Shown here piece after piece: positions 27,795 to 37,086 of a stretch of DNA of 57,947 bases; position 1 is the stretch's first letter, and the number at the start of each line of letters is the position of its first letter. Location: contig JBMFWY010000003.1 of the NCBI GenBank assembly GCA_049964795.1, forward strand, positions 1-57,947. Direction: 5' to 3'. The position numbers and the translations under genes are program-made. The DNA comes from Candidatus Micrarchaeia archaeon (lineage in GTDB: Archaea; Micrarchaeota; Micrarchaeia; Micrarchaeales; Micrarchaeaceae). The notes under the pieces were generated by a model. That model saw only the letters and a program-made list of their open reading frames with translations. It was not told the DNA's origin and searched no databases.

Positions 27795-29240
27795 ATGGCT
27801 GAAAAATATGATGTTATTGTAGCAGGGGCAGGCATGGCAGGGCTTCCAGCAGCGACAATGGCGGCAAAGAAGGGCGCCAAAGTGCTCCTACTTGACAGGA
27901 ATAATAAGGAAAACGTAGGAAGAAAGACAAACTGGGGATGGGTTTGCGGAGATGCAGTGGCAAAGTCTCACCTCGATTTCATAAAGTCAAATCTTGGTTT
28001 AAGCTTTTCGCATCCAGAGCTGGATCATGAAGTGGAAGGGGTTTATGCAATATCTCCTGATTTTAAGTCGCAGATTCTTTTTGATGAAGGGAGCGGTTAT
28101 ATATTAAACAGACCTCTTTTTGAAGGCAAGATGCTGGATCATGCCCTTAAGCAGGGAGTGGAATACCTGCCAAACTTTGAGGTTGAGAGGCCTATTATTG
28201 AAAACAATTATGTTGTAGGCATAGCAGGAAAAGACGAAAAGAAAGAGCACAAGGAATTTAGGGCAAAGGTAGTAATAGATGCCCTTGGAATTTCCACTAC
28301 AATAAGAAGGCTGCTTCCGGAAAACGAGTATGTTGAAAGGATGGTAGATATAGACGATTTGGAGCTTACCGGCAGGTTCCTTTACGAATTTGAGCTAGAC
28401 CACGAGGATCCGCTACTTTACAATCAAAAATATGCGCTTATACACCTCAACCAAGTCATAGCGCCTGGAGGCTACGGTTGGGTGTTTCCTAAAAATGGCA
28501 ACAGGGCAAACATAGGCATAGGAGTGCAAAAGAGGAGCCTTGAGATAAGGAACAAGAAACTCAATAAGAAAGACACGCTCCAAAGCCTCATGAAGGAGTA
28601 TGCAACTTCCATACCTGTATTCAAAAATATGAGGATTTACAACGAAGGACCAAATGGAGGAGAAGGCTATTGGTCTGTTGCAGTCAGGCACCAGATGGAA
28701 GCGCTTACTTTCAACGGCTACTTAGGAGCAGGAGATAGCATGGTAATGCCAAATCCAATAAGCGCAGGAGGTATAGGGCCTGCTCTTACTGCGGGAGTGC
28801 TCGCGGGCATAAACGCTGCGGATGCAATATCGAAAGGTGATGTAAGTATAAGAGGATTGTGGAAGTACAACCTCGATTTCAACGAGCATTACGGCAAGAA
28901 AAGCGCAAGCCTTGAGGTATTCAGGGTTTACCTTCAATCTTTGAACAACGACATAATAAATTACGGCATGAAAGTTTTCCTGACTGCTAGCGAGGCAAAG
29001 CAATTGAGCTACGGGCTTGTGCCTGAACTAAGCCTTGCTGCAAAGTTCAAGACTATTTTGCAAGGAGCAAAGAATATCAATGCCTTCAGAAATCTCCTAT
29101 ATGTAGTAAACAAGATGAAAGAGATAAACAAGATATATGAGGAATATCCAAAAACACCAGAAGAATTTGGAGCGTGGAAGAAGAAAATAAAGCAGGAGGT
29201 TGAAGAGGTAAAAGAAAAATTCAAGCCAAACCCTGTTTGA
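27795..29240 (+). CDS. geranylgeranyl reductase family FAD oxidoreductase (DGGR-like)
   Basis: VAGAGMAG, VCGDA, GGYGWVFP and GDS..MPNPISAGGI motifs. Confidence 0.85.
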   Translation: MAEKYDVIVAGAGMAGLPAATMAAKKGAKVLLLDRNNKENVGRKTNWGWVCGDAVAKSHLDFIKSNLGLSFSHPELDHEVEGVYAISPDFKSQILFDEGSGYILNRPLFEGKMLDHALKQGVEYLPNFEVERPIIENNYVVGIAGKDEKKEHKEFRAKVVIDALGISTTIRRLLPENEYVERMVDIDDLELTGRFLYEFELDHEDPLLYNQKYALIHLNQVIAPGGYGWVFPKNGNRANIGIGVQKRSLEIRNKKLNKKDTLQSLMKEYATSIPVFKNMRIYNEGPNGGEGYWSVAVRHQMEALTFNGYLGAGDSMVMPNPISAGGIGPALTAGVLAGINAADAISKGDVSIRGLWKYNLDFNEHYGKKSASLEVFRVYLQSLNNDIINYGMKVFLTASEAKQLSYGLVPELSLAAKFKTILQGAKNINAFRNLLYVVNKMKEINKIYEEYPKTPEEFGAWKKKIKQEVEEVKEKFKPNPV

Positions 29241-29272
29241 AAGCTTGAAAGTAAAATTATTAGATGATAGAT

Positions 29273-29497
29273 ATGGCAGAAAAATCAGGAAAAGAGGCTC
29301 ACACGTATACAAAATATGAAAAGGCGAGGATAATAGGAGCAAGAGCCCTCCAGTTGGCTTACGGTGCTCCGCCGCTTATCGAAGTACCCAAAGGCGTTAT
29401 CGACCCGTTAGAGCTCGCGGAGCTTGAATTCGACAAAGGAGTAATACCGATAACAATAATAAGGGAAAAACAAGGCTACGTAGAGGAAAGTGAATGA
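29273..29497 (+). CDS. rpoK: RNA polymerase subunit Rpo6 (K)
   Basis: TKYEKARIIGARALQLAYGAP motif. Confidence 0.95.
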   Translation: MAEKSGKEAHTYTKYEKARIIGARALQLAYGAPPLIEVPKGVIDPLELAELEFDKGVIPITIIREKQGYVEESE

Positions 29498-29511
29498 GCT
29501 TTAGAATTCTG

Positions 29512-30315
29512 CTATTTTCCGCGTTTCGGCAAGGCATTGTCTGTTCTGACTCCTTTAGAGGATAGGTAAGAGACACTGCCCACAAATTCTCCGCTGAGTA
29601 GGTATACTTCAGCGCTCTCATAATTGAATATCTTGTTCCTGAACAAAGGGCTTAGGTTTTCCTTTGAAGAAAATCTTGAAGCGTCAGTCCCTGCTATCAG
29701 GTCGTTGAAAGCGGGCATCGAGACAAGCTTGATTTCTTTATTATAATTGGGATATAGCCTTGGCGCCCCTTCCCCTGCCTTTGAAACAAGCCATGCCTTT
29801 GAGTAGTAAACACCACCTTTACGATCTTTTATTGATATTGCTATATGGTTGTGCGCTGAGATGATATACCTTTTTGACATTGCTTCGCTGCTTGGCATGG
29901 CATGCCCATGCAAAAGCGCAAAATCTCCCTGAAATATTTCGCTTTCTGTGTTTATGCCGGTTATTTCTGAGAGATGTGAATCGTGATTTCCGCCTGCGAT
30001 CTTTATCTCGTATTGCGACAGTTCGCTGAAAAACTGTCGAATCGCTTTTGCCTCTACCTCCTCAGGATAAAGTATGCTTTCTTTTATGTCGCCCAGAAGT
30101 ATCAGCCTTTTTGCCTTAAACTCTTTTAGAAGCAAGGAAACTTTCTGCGCCATCCTGCTAGCAAATTGGTATAAATGCACTCCTTTGCCCTTCAGTTTTT
30201 GTTCTACGCCTATGTGCAAATCTCCAATTACAAGAGCTTTTGACCTGCCGCTCCCAATGAGCAATGCTGGCTCATTATATACAAATTTTATCCTGTTTCC
30301 TTCTTCTCCACGCAT
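29512..30315 (-). CDS. calcineurin-like metallophosphoesterase
   Basis: GDLHIG, LGDIK, GNHD, HGH, AHNH and MPAFN motifs. Confidence 0.88.
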   Translation of the reverse strand: MRGEEGNRIKFVYNEPALLIGSGRSKALVIGDLHIGVEQKLKGKGVHLYQFASRMAQKVSLLLKEFKAKRLILLGDIKESILYPEEVEAKAIRQFFSELSQYEIKIAGGNHDSHLSEITGINTESEIFQGDFALLHGHAMPSSEAMSKRYIISAHNHIAISIKDRKGGVYYSKAWLVSKAGEGAPRLYPNYNKEIKLVSMPAFNDLIAGTDASRFSSKENLSPLFRNKIFNYESAEVYLLSGEFVGSVSYLSSKGVRTDNALPKRGK

Positions 30316-30463
30316 GAAGGCACAGTAATTGTTTCCACTCAAATCTTTATAGTATTTAGCTTTGATTTGCAAGCAATTATTTTGAATTGTACGGTACAAA
30401 GATAAGCATAAGATGCGCAGGTATTAAAATTGTAAGTTGAAAAACCAAAGTTAAGGCTTAAAA

Positions 30464-31555
30464 ATGCCCGGGATATCTCCAAGCATAGGAAAAATTGCAG
30501 GTGTAGAGATAGAGCTCCACTGGACTTTCTTGCTGCTTCTCCTGTTTGTGCTTATAGTGAGCCTCTATGTATTTGCGCTTTTTGTCATACTTTTCATATG
30601 CGTGCTGATACACGAGCTTGCGCATTCGATTACTTCGCAGCACTACAAGATAAAAGTAAAGAAGATTGTGCTCCTTCCGATAGGAGGAATTTCCGTCATG
30701 GATTTGGACAAAGTGAAGCCTAGCCAAGAATTTTATATAGCACTCGCAGGACCGCTGGCAAGTATCGCGCTTGGTATAATTTTCATGGCGATAGCCCCTT
30801 TCTCTCCGGCAGGGATAATAAGACAGACTATAACCTTTACCTTTGAAATAAACCTCCTGCTTGGGGTATTCAACTTAATACCAGGATTCCCGCTTGATGG
30901 CGGAAGGGTATTCCGCGCGTATCTTGAAAAAAAGAGAAACTTCCTGCGTGCAACGCAAATAACAGTAAAACTTGGTAACATAGTGTTCCTGCTTTTTATT
31001 GCTGCAACAATAATATTTGCCATCTATGCAAAGGGCTACTCCACCGTTGGCAGAGAATTTATAGTTTTCTATGATGTTTTTATAGTGATGTTCCTGTATT
31101 CTGGCTCGCAGTCCGAACTGCAAGCTGCTTACATGAAAGAATACGCCTCGGACCTTTACGTAAAAGACGCGATAAGCAGAAACTTCATAGAGGTAGGCAA
31201 AAACGAGAGCCTGGAAGAAGTATATGGGAAGATGCTTAAAAAACATACTAACATTGTGTTGTTTAAAGATGGAAAGGTAATCAAAGTTGCTAGGATACCG
31301 CTGCAAGGCAATATAAAAGGCAATCGAATGATGAACAGGCCCGTCTCTGATTTTGGAATAGCGTTGCCAGTAATAGAATACAAAAGCAATCTGTATAAGG
31401 CGCTAACAGAGATGCAGTCAAGCAATTCTGGCATATTGGTAGTCACAAAAGGAGCGAGGATAGTTGGTATGATAACTGAGCAGCACGCCCAGTCAATAAT
31501 TGCGCTTCATGTATCAAGGAAGTTAGAAAGCAAAAACAAAAAGACAAGGCAGTAA
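30464..31555 (+). CDS. site-2 protease (M50) with CBS domains
   Basis: HELAH, AGP and NLIPGFPLDGGR motifs; C-terminal CBS-like pair. Confidence 0.92.
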   Translation: MPGISPSIGKIAGVEIELHWTFLLLLLFVLIVSLYVFALFVILFICVLIHELAHSITSQHYKIKVKKIVLLPIGGISVMDLDKVKPSQEFYIALAGPLASIALGIIFMAIAPFSPAGIIRQTITFTFEINLLLGVFNLIPGFPLDGGRVFRAYLEKKRNFLRATQITVKLGNIVFLLFIAATIIFAIYAKGYSTVGREFIVFYDVFIVMFLYSGSQSELQAAYMKEYASDLYVKDAISRNFIEVGKNESLEEVYGKMLKKHTNIVLFKDGKVIKVARIPLQGNIKGNRMMNRPVSDFGIALPVIEYKSNLYKALTEMQSSNSGILVVTKGARIVGMITEQHAQSIIALHVSRKLESKNKKTRQ

Positions 31556-31684
31556 CCTTTTGCGGTATTTCATATTCCAATTGTTAGATACCTCCGCCTA
31601 AACTGCATGAAGTCCTAGCTGCAGGGAAACAAATAAAAAGATTCAAATACATAAGAAATAGGCGAAGTGCGACCAGGTAATCGA

Positions 31685-34600
31685 ATGCTACATTTGGAGA
31701 AGCTTACGCTGCACAACTTCAAGTCGTTCAGGCAGGCATCGATGAAGTTCGGCGAAGGCTTCAACTGCATAGTAGGCCCCAACGGCTCTGGAAAATCTAG
31801 CATATGTGATGCGATTCTTTTTTCGCTTGGGGAGACTTCTCTAAAAAGAATGAGAGTGGGTAACTTAGCACAGCTTATAAACAATTCTGTAAAGCCAAAT
31901 CCTGAAGACGATATGAAAAGGGCGTGGGTCTCTGTTACCCTAAACGGAAGCGAGCAGATTGAGATAACGAAAATCGTAAGGTCGGATGGCAAGGTAAGCT
32001 ACAGGCTTAACGGGAAACATGTCACAAGGCAAGAGGTAATAGATGCTTTGCATGCACACCGCAGTGAGTTGGAATCTACAAACACGATAACTCAAGGCGA
32101 AATAATAAAAGTGCTTAACCTCAATCCGAAGGAGAGGCGCGAGCTTATAGACGTTGCAGCAGGCATAAAAGAGTTTGACGATAAGAAAGACGCCGCGCTA
32201 AAGGAGCTCGAGAAGGTTGAAGCGAAGATAGGCGAGGCAAAGATAATGATGAACGAGAGGAGAGGGTTCCTCGATGAGCTTGAAAAAGAAAAGAGGGACG
32301 CGGAAAAGTATACAGAAGCAACAAACACGCTCAAAAGGTCAAATTATACTATACTAAAGTTGAGGGAGAGTCAGCTTACTGAGGAGCACCAGAAGCTGCT
32401 CGCATCTCAGAAAGCAATAAGCGAAAAGATAGCGGAGGTGGAACGCTCGCTAAATGCAAATGTGCTCAAAATAGAAAGCCTTAATGTAGAGAAATCAAAG
32501 ATTTCTGACGAACTCAACAAAAGATCGGTAGAAGTAAACTCTTCCAACCATAAGGCGGAGGAGCTGGCAAAGCAGATAGCAGTAATAAGGGAGCAGATAA
32601 AGGCGTTAGAGAGCAGCGCAGAAACTGCGGAAATGGAGCTTAGTGAAAAAAGCAAGGAGAAAGAGGCAATAGAAGCCAAGCTTAAGGAAAACGAGCTCAA
32701 CATACAAAAGTTAAAGTCGGAACTTGAATTGAAGGAGAATGAACTCAAGGAGAGCGAAGCGTATTCTTTATCGGAGGAGGACAATGAGCAGATGATGCAC
32801 GAATATGAGGAGCAGAGGGCTACGGCAGAAAAACTTGAGGGCGAACTTTCTTCTCTCAAACTTGAAAAAGTATCGATAGAGGGCAATGCAAAAGCGACAA
32901 GAGGAAGCCTTGAAGAAGCGAAGGAAGGCTTAAAAACGGCGCTTGAAGAGTATGCAAAGATTGAAGAAAGCGTCAAGGCTTACGGCGAAGAAAAAACGGT
33001 GCTTGAAGACAGCGCAAATGCACTAAAAGCGAAGCTTGACGAGCTGTTTATAGAGCAGAACAAGCTGAAAGGCGAAGCGGGAAGCTGTGAAATGGAAATA
33101 TTGAGAGCAAAAGAGAAGATATCCATTTATGGGGCCTCAGATAAGACAGGGCAAGCATTGCAAAAAGCCATGAAGAAAGGGTTTTATGGAAGAGTAAGGG
33201 ACCTTGTGACTTACGAACCAAAATATACTGAGGCTGTAAATGCAGCTGCTCAGAGCAGGATGAATTATTTTGTGGTAGACACGATAGAGGATGCAGAAAG
33301 GGCAATACAGATTTTGAAGGAAGGTGGGTTTGAAAGGGCATCGTTCATACCTATAAATGACATAAAAGTCGGGGAGCAAAAGAGGATAAATGGGCTTAAG
33401 CAGATTTTGGACTTGGTAAAATTCGAAGACAAATTTGAAAGCGTCATGAATTTTGTATTTTCAAACACTTTTCTCATAGAAAGCGTTGGCAAAGCGAGAA
33501 GCTATGGAATAGGAAAGGCAAGGTTTGTGACACTTGAAGGAGAGCTAGTAGAATCCTCAGGAGTAGTGAGCGGAGGAACTGCAAAAAGCGTGCCTTCCAT
33601 TTCATCGCTCAACTCAAGGCTTGCTACGCTTGAAAAGGAAAAAGCCGAGATTTCAAGAAAGATGGAAATTATTGAGAAGGAAGCTGAAGAACTGAAGAAG
33701 GAGTTTGCAGACAAAGAGGTAAAGATTTTGGCGATAGATTCGGAAAGCGCGGGCTCTAGAGAAAGGCTGCTATTGCTAAAGGCGCGCATAGAAACCTTGA
33801 AAGCCAAGATAAGCACTTATGAAAGGCAGCTAGAAGCTATTGCCAGCGATTCTGAAAAAATTGACGAGCGTGCCAAGGCACTAGAAAAAGAGATGATTGC
33901 CACAAAGGCGAAGGCGGGCTCAATATATTCCACAATATCAAGCATGATGACGGCAAAGGGGAAGGCTTCAGGAGACAAGGAGAAGCGCGCAAAAGCAAAA
34001 GCGCTCAGGGAAGAAACGGAAAGGCTGAAAATAGGGCTTGCGGCTACAGAAAAGGAAAGCGAGATGATGAAGCTTCGCGCATTGGAAGTGCAGAAGGAAG
34101 CGGAGCTTAACGCTGGCCGCGTGAAAGAAGCCAAGGAGAAAAAGAAGGAGCTTGCCGAAGAAGTCGAGAAGCTTGAAAAGAGTAAGGCAGAAGTGGAGGA
34201 ATCGATAAAAGAGCACGACTCAAAATCTGCTGCGCTTTTCAAGAAAGTTTCTGAATTCGAAAACGAGATATCTAAGCTTAGCTTTGAAAAAGGCAAGCAA
34301 GAAAGCGAATTGTCGAAAATGAAGGGAGAGCTTCAGGTGCAAGGAATGTCGATAGCTCAGGTGCAGACAAGGCTTTCAGACATAAAGGCAGAGCTTCTCT
34401 CATACCAGGATGTAATACCGATAGACGGCATGTCGATAAAAGAGCTTGAAGACAAGACAGTGTTGTTAAAGGCAGAGCTTGAAAGGCTGGGAAGCGTAAA
34501 CCTAAAGGCTCCCGAGATGTATGAGGAAAGAAAGAAGATGCTTGAAGATGCAGAGAAAAGGCTTGATACGCTTGAAAGCGAAAAGGCTTCGATACTTTCT

Positions 34601-35110
34601 GTAATAGATGAGGTAGAAGCAAAAAAGCTTAATGTGTTCAATGAAACGCTGCAAAAAGTCAACGAAAACTTCTCTAAGCTATATCCTTACGGCTTTGAGG
34701 GAGAGGCAAAGCTTGAGCTTTCTGACCCGAAAGATCCGTTCAATTCAGGGCTCCTGATAAGCATAACAAAGACAAAAGGCCCGCGCAGCGTTGACACTAT
34801 GTCAGGAGGAGAGAAATCCTTTGTCACGCTTATGCTTCTGTTTGCAATACAGATGATGAATCCCATGGCGTTTTACATTTTTGACGAGATAGATTCCGCG
34901 CTTGACGAAGAGAACTCCAAGAAACTCTCAAAGATGATAAAGGAGTTAAGCAGCAGGTCGCAGTTTATAGTGGTAAGCCACAATAGCACGCTAATACAGG
35001 CGGCAGACGTCGCGATTGGAGTGGCAAGACAGGATGGCGAATCACGCGTTGTTGGAATACAGATCGCAAAGCAGCAAGTAGAAGCTGGGGCTTCTTCAGG
35101 CAAACAGTAA
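31685..35110 (+). CDS. smc: chromosome segregation protein SMC
   Basis: GPNGSGKS, long coiled coils, hinge (GFYGRV...VTLEGE...SGG), MSGGEKS and FDEID. Confidence 0.96.
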   Translation: MLHLEKLTLHNFKSFRQASMKFGEGFNCIVGPNGSGKSSICDAILFSLGETSLKRMRVGNLAQLINNSVKPNPEDDMKRAWVSVTLNGSEQIEITKIVRSDGKVSYRLNGKHVTRQEVIDALHAHRSELESTNTITQGEIIKVLNLNPKERRELIDVAAGIKEFDDKKDAALKELEKVEAKIGEAKIMMNERRGFLDELEKEKRDAEKYTEATNTLKRSNYTILKLRESQLTEEHQKLLASQKAISEKIAEVERSLNANVLKIESLNVEKSKISDELNKRSVEVNSSNHKAEELAKQIAVIREQIKALESSAETAEMELSEKSKEKEAIEAKLKENELNIQKLKSELELKENELKESEAYSLSEEDNEQMMHEYEEQRATAEKLEGELSSLKLEKVSIEGNAKATRGSLEEAKEGLKTALEEYAKIEESVKAYGEEKTVLEDSANALKAKLDELFIEQNKLKGEAGSCEMEILRAKEKISIYGASDKTGQALQKAMKKGFYGRVRDLVTYEPKYTEAVNAAAQSRMNYFVVDTIEDAERAIQILKEGGFERASFIPINDIKVGEQKRINGLKQILDLVKFEDKFESVMNFVFSNTFLIESVGKARSYGIGKARFVTLEGELVESSGVVSGGTAKSVPSISSLNSRLATLEKEKAEISRKMEIIEKEAEELKKEFADKEVKILAIDSESAGSRERLLLLKARIETLKAKISTYERQLEAIASDSEKIDERAKALEKEMIATKAKAGSIYSTISSMMTAKGKASGDKEKRAKAKALREETERLKIGLAATEKESEMMKLRALEVQKEAELNAGRVKEAKEKKKELAEEVEKLEKSKAEVEESIKEHDSKSAALFKKVSEFENEISKLSFEKGKQESELSKMKGELQVQGMSIAQVQTRLSDIKAELLSYQDVIPIDGMSIKELEDKTVLLKAELERLGSVNLKAPEMYEERKKMLEDAEKRLDTLESEKASILSVIDEVEAKKLNVFNETLQKVNENFSKLYPYGFEGEAKLELSDPKDPFNSGLLISITKTKGPRSVDTMSGGEKSFVTLMLLFAIQMMNPMAFYIFDEIDSALDEENSKKLSKMIKELSSRSQFIVVSHNSTLIQAADVAIGVARQDGESRVVGIQIAKQQVEAGASSGKQ

Positions 35111-35123
35111 ATGAAGTGATACG

Positions 35124-36149
35124 TTGGCAAAACATAAGGCAAGAAGCCAGAAAAGACAAAAGAAAAATGAAGGCGGCAAATCCATAAACACGCTGCCGCT
35201 TTACATAATCATATTGCTGCTTTTCATATTCTACATAATGTTTCAAAGATATGTGGTTGTTTCGGCTTTTGCAGGAATTGCGCTTTTCCTTGTAATTATT
35301 ACTACTATAGCGGTAGAGATGGGCGCCAGCTTCAAGGAAGAGGGAGTGAAAAAGAGCGTGCTGGAGCTCTCTATAGCTGTTGTAATAGTAATAGTATTCT
35401 GGTTCGGCCTAAAGATTGTGCTAGGCACGCAGTATCCCTTGAACGTAGTGCCTACATGCAGCATGCTGCCCGTATTGCATCGCGGAGATCTTGTAGTAAT
35501 ATCTGGAGTTACAAGTGCCGCGGAGCTGAAAGCGCCAATAGTGAACATAAGCAGCGCGGAATGGAATACTACAATGAGCAATTTCGGCACTGAATTCCTT
35601 GAGTGCGCTGCATACAATGCAAGCAATGAAACAGTTTCCTCAGTATTCAAAAAAGGGGACGAATTGGTGCTCTTTCCCACTTCAGGCTACAATCGTATAA
35701 TAGACTTGAACCAGCAAGGCAACAATCTTATAAAATACGGCTGCGGAGTGAGAGAAGTTAAGGCGAGCGATGGAACCAGCTTTCTTGAAGCTTATACCGA
35801 TTATATAAAGGTCGGCAATACGACAATAGAAGGAGATAGGAATAATTCAATAGTTGTTTACAAAACGGTGCCGCAAGACTATTTTTACAGGATGGGAGAC
35901 ACATATATAGTGCACAGAATATACGCGATAATAAACGCGAGCGGTACTTACTACGTGCTTACAAAAGGCGATAATAATCCGGGTCTCGATATACAGTTTG
36001 GCAATTACCCCATATTGCTGCAGAGGTCAAACAACTATGTCGAAGGCAAGGTCATCTTTGTAGCACCTTACATAGGATATTTGAGGCTTATATTTAGCAG
36101 GCAGCTCAGCGAACCCCAGGGGTGCAACACTACGATAACGCACGGCTGA
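35124..36149 (+). CDS. archaeal/ER-type signal peptidase I (S26) with a large insertion
   Basis: 3 TM helices, VVPTCSMLPVLHRGDL (Ser box), IVHRI (His), TKGDNN and GKV..PYIG. Confidence 0.8.
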   Translation: MAKHKARSQKRQKKNEGGKSINTLPLYIIILLLFIFYIMFQRYVVVSAFAGIALFLVIITTIAVEMGASFKEEGVKKSVLELSIAVVIVIVFWFGLKIVLGTQYPLNVVPTCSMLPVLHRGDLVVISGVTSAAELKAPIVNISSAEWNTTMSNFGTEFLECAAYNASNETVSSVFKKGDELVLFPTSGYNRIIDLNQQGNNLIKYGCGVREVKASDGTSFLEAYTDYIKVGNTTIEGDRNNSIVVYKTVPQDYFYRMGDTYIVHRIYAIINASGTYYVLTKGDNNPGLDIQFGNYPILLQRSNNYVEGKVIFVAPYIGYLRLIFSRQLSEPQGCNTTITHG

Positions 36150-36234
36150 AACACAACATGCAGCAATACAAAAAGATGCGCAGTGCGGCAGGAAGATGTG
36201 GGGTTTTCTTCACTGCTCCACACTGGCACAAACA

Positions 36235-36375
36235 TTAGTGTATTTTTAGTATAGACAACACCCTCGAAATGAGGGTTTTCCTTTGGGTTGGAAGAGAATA
36301 AGCGTACTTTGGCGCGAGGTCCCATATTCGGCCTTGGACTTTTTCACGCACTTCGAAATCTTGAATCGTTTCCAT
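36235..36375 (-). CDS. putative 46-aa small protein (not in ORF track)
   Basis: METIQDFEVREKVQGRIWDLAPKYAYSLPTQRKTLISRVLSILKIH*; ATG 18 nt after the upstream stop; amphipathic C-terminal helix. Confidence 0.5.
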   Translation of the reverse strand: METIQDFEVREKVQGRIWDLAPKYAYSLPTQRKTLISRVLSILKIH

Positions 36376-36393
36376 GTATCTCGCCACTTTTAT

Positions 36394-36681
36394 TCACTTT
36401 CTCTTTAGACAATAATAGCTCATCGCATAGCCGTACTTGCTGTGCATGCTTTCTGCTATTTTGTTTCCAAGCTCTGAATCGTTACTGCTTGTTTTCGCCT
36501 TTACGAGGAAGCCGTAATCTCCTTCGGTTATGTAGACTTCCTCTATTCCTGCTACACTGAGCAGCTTTGAAGAAAGTTCATCGGCATTAAGGTTCGGAAT
36601 CGGCTTCAAAAAGAAGAACTTATGCATACTACTTACCTTCTTTGCGCCACCGACTTTCGCATATTCTTTTTTATTGACCAC
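36394..36681 (-). CDS. stand-alone Lrp/AsnC ligand-binding (RAM-like) domain protein
   Basis: LLSVAGIEEVYITEGDYGFLVKA pattern; no HTH; GTG start after GGTG. Confidence 0.75.
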   Translation of the reverse strand: MVNKKEYAKVGGAKKVSSMHKFFFLKPIPNLNADELSSKLLSVAGIEEVYITEGDYGFLVKAKTSSNDSELGNKIAESMHSKYGYAMSYYCLKRK

Positions 36682-36721
36682 GGCAACACCGGTATTTTTG
36701 TTTTTTTTGTTTGCTTACCCG

Positions 36722-36898
36722 TTACCCCCTTTCATAGGGAAAAAGGACGAGTAATATCTTTACGTTCCATACTGGATGAGAACGGGGATTGGGCTGTTTT
36801 TTGTTTCCGGGCCGATATGCAGAAATCTTATCTTTACTGGGCGCATAGCTCTCGGGCTGCCAGGATTCGTGCTCCTTGTTAGTGTTATAACTTGGCAC
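36722..36898 (-). CDS. putative 58-aa small protein (not in ORF track)
   Basis: GGGGTGA SD followed by GTG: MPSYNTNKEHESWQPESYAPSKDKISAYRPGNKKQPNPRSHPVWNVKILLVLFPYERG*. Confidence 0.4.
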   Translation of the reverse strand: MPSYNTNKEHESWQPESYAPSKDKISAYRPGNKKQPNPRSHPVWNVKILLVLFPYERG

Positions 36899-36929
36899 AG
36901 CTTCACCCCAAACCTGTTAGATATTTTGT

Positions 36930-37086
36930 GAGTTTGATTATAAATAGATAATTAAGTTATAGAGAACTAAGCCTAGTCTTATCGAGAGATATAACCAGAT
37001 TATTTCTAATAATTGTCATTAATTTAACCTTATAAATTAATAGTATAAAGATAAATTTAAATACATTAATAACCTTATTTAATACT
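36930..37086. promoter_or_regulatory. very AT-rich divergent promoter region
   Basis: Several TATA-like boxes (TTATAAAT twice, TTTAAATA) between divergent genes. Confidence 0.55.
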
